From NCBI GenBank assembly GCA_023435435.1, contig JAEYRW010000085.1, positions 1,814 through 65,813 on the forward strand: a DNA stretch of 64,000 nucleotides. Direction: 5' to 3'. Source of the stretch: Bacillota bacterium. Lineage in GTDB: Bacteria > Bacillota > Clostridia > Christensenellales > Aristaeellaceae. The notes beneath the pieces were generated by a model. It did not search any database. It was not told the origin of the DNA and saw only the letters and a program-made list of their open reading frames with translations. A program made the position numbers and the translations under genes. Positions 9,405-16,787 of the stretch are shown here, one piece after another (positions within the stretch are counted from its first letter, which is position 1; every line of letters begins with the position of its first letter).

Positions 9405-10514
9405 CTATTTCATCCTTTCAAGCACCCCGCGCGCCGCGGCTTCCGCGACGAGCTCCCGCAGCCGGACATTCATTTCCCCCAGGGGCGCGCCTGCGTCGAT
9501 CACCCGATGACACGGGAGCATCGCCGCCTGCGCGGCGCGATAGGTTCCGTCGCGGATCGCGCAAAACGGTTTTTCGGCGATGACCCGCGCGGCCAACGCC
9601 CGGGCGAGGGGATAGTCGATGTCGTTTTCCCAAAGAATGCCCGCGCAGAACGGCGTGCCCGCGCGCTGGAGCGCGCGAAACACGGGAATGCCGCTGCCGC
9701 CGCCGGATAGGACGAACACCTCCGGCGCGCCGGGAGGTCTGGGCAGCTCGACGCTTCCGAACAGGGGGTCGTACGCGCCATCGTCCACGTCGTAGAGGGC
9801 CCGGATCACATCGCCCCGGAAGATTTCGTCCGGCGCTCCGTACCGGAAAACGGTCTCGCCCTTTACGCACAACACCCGGTCGGATATTTTCTGCGCCAGG
9901 TCAATCTCGTGCAACGACTGGAGCACGGTGATCCCCTTCTTGCGCGAAAGAGTCTGCAAAAGGCCCAGGAGTTCCAGCTTGTGGCGGATGTCGAGAAACG
10001 CGGTGGGTTCGTCCAAAATTAAAATCTCCGGCTGCTGGCACAGTGCCCGCGCAAGCAGAACGCGCTGCCTTTGGCCGTCGCTCACCGCGCCAAAATCCCA
10101 CGCGCGGAGATCCTCCACGCGCAAAAGCCGCATGGATTCAAGAATTGCTTCCTCGTCCGCCCGCGCCGGCACGCCCAGCCGTCCCGTGTACGGGTAACGG
10201 CCCGTGGCCACCACGTCATAGCAGGTCATGAGCTCCGGCTTCAGCCGTTCGGTGAGGACCACGGCGATCTTTTTCGCCATGCTCTTGAGGGGCATTCCGG
10301 AAGCGTCGCCGCCCGCGATGTACACCTTTCCCGCCACGGGGGGAAGCTGCCGGATGATGCTTTTGAGGATGGTGGATTTTCCCGCGCCGTTGGGGCCGAT
10401 GAGGGTCACGATTCCACCCTTGGGAATCGCAACGTCGATGTCCCGGATGAGCGCTTTGCCGCGGTAGCCCACCGCCAGGCCCTCGAGTCTGACCGAATAC
10501 GCGTCCATGGTCAT
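9405..10514 (-). CDS. ABC importer ATPase (FecE/BtuD type) with an extra C-terminal domain of about 110 aa
   Basis: Walker A GPNGAGKST, signature-like SDGQRQRV, Walker B ILILDEPT. The 369-aa length is about 110 aa longer than typical FecE/BtuD. Confidence 0.9.
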   Translation of the reverse strand: MTMDAYSVRLEGLAVGYRGKALIRDIDVAIPKGGIVTLIGPNGAGKSTILKSIIRQLPPVAGKVYIAGGDASGMPLKSMAKKIAVVLTERLKPELMTCYDVVATGRYPYTGRLGVPARADEEAILESMRLLRVEDLRAWDFGAVSDGQRQRVLLARALCQQPEILILDEPTAFLDIRHKLELLGLLQTLSRKKGITVLQSLHEIDLAQKISDRVLCVKGETVFRYGAPDEIFRGDVIRALYDVDDGAYDPLFGSVELPRPPGAPEVFVLSGGGSGIPVFRALQRAGTPFCAGILWENDIDYPLARALAARVIAEKPFCAIRDGTYRAAQAAMLPCHRVIDAGAPLGEMNVRLRELVAEAAARGVLERMK

Positions 10515-11533
10515 GGCCTATCCCCCCGCCGGAGCATCATGAGGAGCACCACCGGCGCGCCCAGCGCCGCCGTCACCGTCGAAACGCTCAGCTCCGTGGG
10601 CGCAAACGCCGTCCGGGCGATGAGATCGGCCAGCATGCAAAAGTCCGCGCCCATGAGAAACAGCGCCGGAAGCGCGACGAGGGGCCTGGCCGTCCCAAGA
10701 CTCCGCTTGGTCAGGTACGGAACGGCAATCCCGACAAAGGAGATGGGTCCGGCGAACGCCGTGACGCACGCGGCCAAAAGACAGGCGAGCAAAATGATCG
10801 CCCCGCGTATTTTTCGGACGTCGACACCCACGCTGCGCGCATAGTTTTCGCCCATCTGGAACGCCTCGATGGGCTTGGACAGGAAAAATACAAGAAGGAA
10901 CGCGGCGAAAACCACGCCCGACGCAATCTTCACACCGTCCCAGCTCGCACCGGAAAAGCTTCCCAGCGCCCAGGTGTGAAGGCTCGCGATCTGAGAATCG
11001 CTGGCGAAGGCAACGACGAAGTCGGCGACCGCCGAGCAGATGTAGCCGATCATGATCCCCGCCACCAGGAGCACCGACATCCGCCCCACCCGGACGGACA
11101 CCAGCAGCACAAAGCCGGTGGCGAAAAGCGCGCCCGCAAACGCCGCGCCGATCAGAGCGAAGGCCGAAAGCCGTCCGAACACCGCGCCCAGAAACACCAT
11201 CGCCACCGCCACGGTCATCTTCGCTCCGGACGCGATGCCCAGAACGAACGGCCCGGCGATGGGATTTCGGAAAAAAGTCTGAAGCAAAAAGCCCGAAAGC
11301 GCCAGCGCGCCGCCCAGAACCGCCGAGAGCAAAATGCGCGGCAGCCGGATCTTCCATACGATGCTTAAGTGCGTCTCGCTCCCGACGCCCAGAAACAGCG
11401 CGCGTCCAATCTGCCCCAATGAAATGCGCACACTGCCGGAATTGATGCCCGCGATCAGAAGCGCGCAGAGGGCGAATGTCATCAGGAAAAACGCGAGCAC
11501 ATAACGCGAACGCCTTTGCGCCATGCCAATCAT
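10511..11533 (-). CDS. FecCD/BtuC-family ABC importer permease
   Basis: Start MIGMAQRRS at 11533 (ATGA overlap with the upstream gene). Multi-TM protein with the RNPIAGPFVLGIASGA motif. The 530-aa track ORF is over-extended. Confidence 0.9.
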   Translation of the reverse strand: MIGMAQRRSRYVLAFFLMTFALCALLIAGINSGSVRISLGQIGRALFLGVGSETHLSIVWKIRLPRILLSAVLGGALALSGFLLQTFFRNPIAGPFVLGIASGAKMTVAVAMVFLGAVFGRLSAFALIGAAFAGALFATGFVLLVSVRVGRMSVLLVAGIMIGYICSAVADFVVAFASDSQIASLHTWALGSFSGASWDGVKIASGVVFAAFLLVFFLSKPIEAFQMGENYARSVGVDVRKIRGAIILLACLLAACVTAFAGPISFVGIAVPYLTKRSLGTARPLVALPALFLMGADFCMLADLIARTAFAPTELSVSTVTAALGAPVVLLMMLRRGDRP

Positions 11534-13986
11534 TCCAAATGACGGAGGAAATCGACGCCATCCGTGTTCCCCGTCAGGATCGCGTTGAGGTCCGAGACGA
11601 TGAGCCCGATCTTGTCGGACGATTGGTAGAGGGATTTCTCCGTGCACCAGACGTTGCCTTCCCGCACGGCCTTGAAGTCCGCGAACATGGCGTTGGCGGC
11701 CGCGAGATCGGAGACGGACCCGGGGGCCTGGTCGATGGCGGCGTTGTAGATGAGGAAATCCGCATCCTTGGTGGCCGCGTAAAAGCTCTCCGCGTCCATG
11801 GTGACGGAGGAATCGCCATCCGCGCCTTCGAGGCCCGCGGGCACGTAATTGCCCCCGGCCAGCCCGATCATCCGGGCGAAGGAATCGGTGGCGGGCTTTG
11901 TGACGATGAGCCCGCTGGCGTTTATGTAAAAGTACGCGACGGAAAGTCCGGTGTTTTCGATGCCGGACAGCGCGTCCACATACGCCTTCTGGGCGTCGAA
12001 CACCGCCTCCGCCGCGTCCGTGCGCCCGAGAAGCACCCCGTACGCCTTGATCCACTCGGTGCGGCCCAAGGGTTCCGGCTCGTAGCTGGACAGGTCGATC
12101 CACACGGGAACGCCGAGTTCCTCGAGCTTTTCCATGGCCTCCGGGGCGTAGGTAATCATGGTGGATTCGATGGCCAGATCGCAGCCGCCGGAGAGCAGCA
12201 GCTCGTAGTCCGGCGCGCTGTATTTGCCGGCATACAGGATGTCGCCCGCGTCCATGGCCGCCGCAGCGTTTTCCACATACCAGTTTTCCGCCCGGGTACC
12301 GGAAAAGCGGATGACCGGGAGCCCGTCCATGGCATCAAACAGGCACATGGCCGAAGTCGCCGCGAGGTACGCGCGGTCGATGGGCTGTTTAAGAATCACA
12401 AAATCCGCGTCCGCCCCTTCCGGCGCGGTCTTTCCCTCCGGGACGACCAGATAGTTCCGCCCGTCGGACACCGAGACGACACAATAGCCGTCCTCGTAAA
12501 AGTAGACCGCGAAGCATTGGGCGCAAGCGAGGGGGAGCGTGGAAACGTAAGCGAGGCCGGAAACGACGGGCGCTTCGCCCGCGCGCGCGCCCTCGGTCGG
12601 CGCGGGCGCGGTGGTTGCCTCCGGCGTACCCGCCATTGCCGCCGCGTCCGTGCCGTCCGTGTAGACATAGATAACGTATTCGACCACGTGAGAATCTCCC
12701 ATGGCGGTGGTTTCGGCTTCAATGGTGGTCGCGCCGTTTACCGTCACCGGAATCAGGAACGTGGAATTTCCGCCGACGTTCTGATTGTAATATTTCACGC
12801 CGCCGGTTTGCGCGTATGTGTAATTGGTGCTGGAAAAGACGATGGTGGCGATGGCCTCGTTCCCCACGGCCGAAAGCGTCGGGCAGGTGATGGTCACGCG
12901 GCCCGTGCCGCCTGTGAAGGCGAATGAAAGGGCGCTTTCAACGGAAAGCGGCGCGAGGGAGGCCGCGTCAAAGGTCAGCGTCCGGTCATACCACTTGGAT
13001 TTCTTCTCCGACCATGTGGATACCGGAACCGCGCCGTCCAGAGAGGTCAGCGGGAGCGCATAAGTATAACTTCCGTCCATGCCCACGACGGCGGGAATGA
13101 TCGCCTCCGCATCCGCCTGACGCGCGTCCTTGGCGGAGCCAGCGTAAACAGAGTCGTATTTCCCGTTTTCGACGGTGACATAGGCGGTCATTTTGCCGTC
13201 TGTGACGGACAGCGTGCAGCCCGAAACCGGAAAGAGGTTGGAATCCGACTGAACGGAAATGGAGTAGGTTCCGTCGTCCGGCACCAGCGCGAGGCTTTTC
13301 AGCGACTGGGAGAGAAGCCGGAGGCTGTGGGCGGTCCAGGAACCGTCCGCGCCGCGCGTCTCGACGGCCAGATTCTTGTCGAGGGAAGAAACGGGGAAGG
13401 AGACCGTCCCGTCCGCGGCTTCGTGGTCAGTCCCGTCCGCGCGCAGCGCATCATCGCCTGACAATGCCAGGCTGGCGGTCATCGCGCCGTCCTTCACGGA
13501 AAGGGAGCAGGGGAGCGTGGCGCCGTCAAGGGACGCGTCCACGGCATAGCTGCCGTCCGCGGGGACCATATCGTAGTCCCGCAGACTGCCGGACAGGAAG
13601 TTGAGGGTGCGGTCGTACCATTTGGAATACCGGATGGAATAGGCCGCAACGGAAAGATCCTCGTCCAGCGCGGGGATCTCAATGGCATACGTGTACGCGC
13701 CCGTCTGATCCTCCACAAAGGGCGCCCAGTCGCTTTGGGGCGCCTGGTCCGCTTCCGCGCCGGTTCCCACGTACAGATAGCCGTACCCGTGCCCGCTGAG
13801 GGTGAGGACGGCGGTGATTTTACCGCCCTCCACGCGGAGCACGCACTGGGTGACGCGGAACATGTCCGAGGAGGAGGTCACGCCCACGGTATACAGGCCG
13901 TCTGCCGGAACGGCCGCACCCTCCGCGCAGGCCGCGCAGCAAAGGAGCAGAAGGGCAATCCCCAAAACAGTGAGCCGTTTCAGCAT
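11530..13986 (-). CDS. 818-aa lipoprotein: three tandem repeats of about 100 aa plus a beta-rich domain, fused to a BtuF/FhuD-type (Peripla_BP_2) substrate-binding domain
   Basis: ATG 13986 with GGAAGGAAAG RBS. Signal peptide MLKRLTVLGIALLLLCCAAC. Repeats begin PADGLYTV, PADGSYAV and PDDGTYSI. A Pro/Thr/Ala linker precedes a C-terminal periplasmic-binding-protein-like domain. Sits in the transporter operon. Confidence 0.8.
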   Translation of the reverse strand: MLKRLTVLGIALLLLCCAACAEGAAVPADGLYTVGVTSSSDMFRVTQCVLRVEGGKITAVLTLSGHGYGYLYVGTGAEADQAPQSDWAPFVEDQTGAYTYAIEIPALDEDLSVAAYSIRYSKWYDRTLNFLSGSLRDYDMVPADGSYAVDASLDGATLPCSLSVKDGAMTASLALSGDDALRADGTDHEAADGTVSFPVSSLDKNLAVETRGADGSWTAHSLRLLSQSLKSLALVPDDGTYSISVQSDSNLFPVSGCTLSVTDGKMTAYVTVENGKYDSVYAGSAKDARQADAEAIIPAVVGMDGSYTYALPLTSLDGAVPVSTWSEKKSKWYDRTLTFDAASLAPLSVESALSFAFTGGTGRVTITCPTLSAVGNEAIATIVFSSTNYTYAQTGGVKYYNQNVGGNSTFLIPVTVNGATTIEAETTAMGDSHVVEYVIYVYTDGTDAAAMAGTPEATTAPAPTEGARAGEAPVVSGLAYVSTLPLACAQCFAVYFYEDGYCVVSVSDGRNYLVVPEGKTAPEGADADFVILKQPIDRAYLAATSAMCLFDAMDGLPVIRFSGTRAENWYVENAAAAMDAGDILYAGKYSAPDYELLLSGGCDLAIESTMITYAPEAMEKLEELGVPVWIDLSSYEPEPLGRTEWIKAYGVLLGRTDAAEAVFDAQKAYVDALSGIENTGLSVAYFYINASGLIVTKPATDSFARMIGLAGGNYVPAGLEGADGDSSVTMDAESFYAATKDADFLIYNAAIDQAPGSVSDLAAANAMFADFKAVREGNVWCTEKSLYQSSDKIGLIVSDLNAILTGNTDGVDFLRHLE

Positions 13987-14060
13987 TTGTACACTTTCCT
14001 TCCTGAATTGGGTCACGCGGCCGCGCGGATCGGGCGCGGCCGCGGAGGGGTTTCCCGGCG

Positions 14061-14930
14061 TTACAGGCCTGCCTCGGCCATGGTTGCCGCCAGGTGATCC
14101 AGATAGATGGCGCGGATGTCGGCGTTCTGACCAAGGCCCTGGATGCGGCACTCCACCTCGAAGCCCGCCTGCGTGAACAGCGTCTTCCAAGAGTCTTCCT
14201 CGTCGCCCGCCATGTCATTGTTGGCGTGGTCGCCCGCGACGACCATCAGGGGATAGAGAACCACCTTGGCCGCGCCGAACGCGGTCACCGCGGAGATCGC
14301 CTCGTCCACGCCCGGAAACCCTTCCACCGTGCCGACGAAGAGGTTCTCGTAGCCTTCCGCGTGCATCATGTACTCGAGCTCGCTGTACGTGGCGTTGGCG
14401 TAGTGCTCGGTGCCGTGGCCCATGAACACCACCGCCGTGTCATCCGAGCCCACCTCGGGAATTTCCTTGGTCAGGGCGGCGATCACGGCCTCGTAGTCCT
14501 CCTCGGTGTAAATGAGGGGCTTTCCGATGGCGAGGGTGTCAAACTGGTCCGCGTACGCGCGCACCGCATTGACCACGTCGGTGTACTCGTATCCGGGCAT
14601 GACGTGGGTGGGCTGCACGACGACCTCCCTCACGCCGTCTGTGATGAGGCGCTGCATGGCTTCATCCACGCCGTCGATCTGGGTGCCGTCGCGGGAAGCG
14701 AGCTTGTCGATGATGGTCTGGGCGGTGAACGCCTGTCGCACGTCCCAATCGGGATACGCGGCCGCGATGTCCGAAACGATGGCGTCGATGGTGAGGGCGC
14801 GGCTGTCGTTGTAGCTGGTTCCGAAGCTGACCACCAGGATGGCGCGCGCGGGCGCTTCCTCGGCGGCTGCAAAGGATGCGGAGGAGAAGACGAGGATGGC
14901 CGAGAGGAGCAAAATCAGGGACTTTTTCAT
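14061..14930 (-). CDS. cbiK: sirohydrochlorin cobaltochelatase homologue (CbiK family) with an N-terminal signal peptide
   Basis: MKKSLILLLSAILVFSSASFAAAEEA signal-like N-terminus, then ILVVSFGTSY, VVQPTHVMPGYEY and VFMGHGTEH (CbiK His motifs). First gene downstream of the B12 riboswitch. Confidence 0.8.
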   Translation of the reverse strand: MKKSLILLLSAILVFSSASFAAAEEAPARAILVVSFGTSYNDSRALTIDAIVSDIAAAYPDWDVRQAFTAQTIIDKLASRDGTQIDGVDEAMQRLITDGVREVVVQPTHVMPGYEYTDVVNAVRAYADQFDTLAIGKPLIYTEEDYEAVIAALTKEIPEVGSDDTAVVFMGHGTEHYANATYSELEYMMHAEGYENLFVGTVEGFPGVDEAISAVTAFGAAKVVLYPLMVVAGDHANNDMAGDEEDSWKTLFTQAGFEVECRIQGLGQNADIRAIYLDHLAATMAEAGL

Positions 14931-15030
14931 GGGGTTACCTGCCTTTCTGCGGGGTCTGTTTCTCACAACGCGGTCATCTGTCCGCGTCTGCGGCGGTGTC
15001 TGGACAGAGAGACCCCCGGAAATTGCGCAC

Positions 15031-15072
15031 ACAAAGAAAAAGGACGTGCCGGAACCGGGTTCCGACACATCC
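15031..15072 (-). terminator. intrinsic terminator in the riboswitch leader (probable expression platform)
   Basis: Minus strand reads GGATGTGTCGGAACC-C-GGTTCCGGCACGTCC followed by TTTTTCTTTGTGTG. Lies between the B12 box and the cbiK start. Confidence 0.6.
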
Positions 15073-15209
15073 TTGTCGCTTTTCGCGTACGCAAACAAAC
15101 GCCGCCGCGCGATGGCGCGAATCGACTTTTTTGCGCATCCTTCCCAAGCCCGCAGGGATGGGGAGGACCTTGGGGACATATCCTTCTCTCGTCCGAAGAA
15201 AGAAATACG

Positions 15210-15392
15210 CTCATTTCAGGCAGGTCTTCTGACTGAGCCTCATCGCTGTTTTTCGCCTTCCCGGCTATCGCCAGTGGCCGGGCGACCGATCGCCCGTGAA
15301 AAACAGCTCGGCAACACAGCAGCGGTCCTGTGGAGGATTCGCACCTCGTTCCCTTTTCACCCGGGGCCGCAGCCCCGGACACCTGAAACTTC
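15210..15392 (-). promoter_or_regulatory. cobalamin (AdoCbl) riboswitch
   Basis: Minus strand contains GGTGAAAAGGGAACGAGGTGCGAATCCTC, GCCACTG and the B12 box AGTCAGAAGACCTGCC (15219-15234). All are hallmarks of the cobalamin riboswitch. Confidence 0.9.
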
Positions 15393-15440
15393 CCGTCTAT
15401 TCAATTGGCAATGTTCTCAAGGAAAGTAAAATCCAAACAG

Positions 15441-15469
15441 ATTATACCGCGATTCCGGCCGGAACGCAA
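15441..15469 (-). promoter_or_regulatory. sigma-70-type promoter for the riboswitch/cbi operon
   Basis: Minus strand TTGCGT, 17 nt spacer, TATAAT, about 40 nt upstream of the riboswitch. Confidence 0.55.
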
Positions 15470-15528
15470 CAAGATAGAACAAATAATTAAGAATAATAAT
15501 GCGAATTCACGAAGCGCCGGTCTTCGTG

Positions 15529-15557
15529 TTGACGTGTGGCGGGATTTGCCCTATAAT
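15529..15557 (+). promoter_or_regulatory. sigma-70-type promoter for the AraC/ABC operon
   Basis: TTGACG, 17 nt spacer, TATAAT. Confidence 0.6.
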
Positions 15558-15627
15558 CAACGGGGATGCGGCGAAGGTTCCTGCCGCCCGGCGTACGCGG
15601 TTTGGAACCCTTCATTTTGCCATGATA

Positions 15628-15641
15628 TTAGGAATGCCTAA
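15628..15641. promoter_or_regulatory. TTAG-N6-CTAA palindromic operator, copy 1
   Basis: TTAGGAATGCCTAA, a perfect TTAGG/CCTAA inverted repeat in the 5' leader of the AraC gene. Confidence 0.55.
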
Positions 15642-15686
15642 TGACATGCGGCATTCGACGCACGATGGGAAGGGAGGTGGAACGGC

Positions 15687-16694
15687 ATGATGACACGGCT
15701 TAAGGGCACCGCTTTTGAGGGCATGTGCGTCGACGCCCTTTCTGAGCGGCCGCCTTTTCTCGTTTTGACTGTTCGGGATGCGGTTGGCGAGGGGGAGATG
15801 ATTGTACGGGATGTGCTCGATGGCATTCAGCTGGTTTACAGCAGGCTGAAAATGCGTTCCTGCTATCAGCGCGTGGATGACGAGGCGCTTCGCTTTGCGG
15901 CCATCAACTATTGTGTGGAGGGAAGCTATGCGTGGGAATTGGAAAACGGGCGCCGCGGGCATCTTCGCAAGGGGGAGATGTGCGTTGGATGGCAATGCGA
16001 GCAGGCCATTGTGAATTCCATGCTTCCGTTGGAATTTTATGAAGGAATCACAATACTGATTGATCCGGAGCGCGCCCAGCGCGCACTTGACAAAGCCTTT
16101 CCGGCCGTGCGCATTCCCCTCGAGCGCACGCTCCGGCAATTGTGCGCGGGGCGGGATCTGTTTGTCGCGCGGCCGGGCCTGGCTGCGGAACGGGTCTTCG
16201 CGTCGTTGGCCGACGCGAAAGCGGACGCGTGCAGAGAGCTTTCTCTCCTTAGAGTGATCGAGCTGATGCTGCTTTTGCCGCAATCAGACGCCGAGGTGCG
16301 CTTGTCCGCAATCAAATATCCGCCCATGACGGTGGAAGCCGTCCGATGCCTTTACCATGGTATTTTGCGCGATCCGCTTCAGAAAACGACGATTCCCCGA
16401 CTGTCCCAAAGGTACGGCGTTTGCCAAACGACGCTCAAGGGCTGCTTTAAGGCGGTGTATGGCGTGCCGTTGGGTGAATTTATGCGCCAAAGCAGATTGG
16501 GGGCTGCCGCACGCCTCCTCCACGAGCGGGCCGACCTGAGCGTTTCGGATGTCGCGGCCCTTGCGGGATACGAAAACCCCGGCAAATTCTCCGCGGCTTT
16601 CAAGGCTTTTTCTGGACTTGCGCCCAAGTGTTATCGTTGCGCGATCAAGTGCGGGCGCGACGGTTTGGAGCAAAGCTGCGACTGCGCGGAGTAG
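15687..16694 (+). CDS. AraC-family transcriptional regulator
   Basis: GGGAGG RBS. C-terminal double HTH (LSQRYGVCQTTLKGCFKAVYG ... VSDVAALAGYENPGKFSAAFKAFSGLAPKCYR). Confidence 0.85.
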   Translation: MMTRLKGTAFEGMCVDALSERPPFLVLTVRDAVGEGEMIVRDVLDGIQLVYSRLKMRSCYQRVDDEALRFAAINYCVEGSYAWELENGRRGHLRKGEMCVGWQCEQAIVNSMLPLEFYEGITILIDPERAQRALDKAFPAVRIPLERTLRQLCAGRDLFVARPGLAAERVFASLADAKADACRELSLLRVIELMLLLPQSDAEVRLSAIKYPPMTVEAVRCLYHGILRDPLQKTTIPRLSQRYGVCQTTLKGCFKAVYGVPLGEFMRQSRLGAAARLLHERADLSVSDVAALAGYENPGKFSAAFKAFSGLAPKCYRCAIKCGRDGLEQSCDCAE

Positions 16695-16755
16695 ATGGAA
16701 CCGGCAAACTGTGCTATACTCACACGGGCGGAGAGCTTTTCTTTTTCCCATTAAG

Positions 16756-16769
16756 TTAGGATGTACTAA
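16756..16769. promoter_or_regulatory. TTAG-N6-CTAA operator, copy 2
   Basis: TTAGGATGTACTAA immediately upstream of the RBS of the first ABC gene. Flank CCATTAAGTTAG resembles copies 6 and 7. Confidence 0.5.
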
Positions 16770-16787
16770 TATAAAGGAGGGATTCTC

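Noticed and set aside
14963-15382. A 139-aa minus-strand ORF and other small ORFs over 14.9-15.5 kb
   Set aside because: They overlap the cobalamin riboswitch and its terminator. Conserved RNA motifs explain the region.
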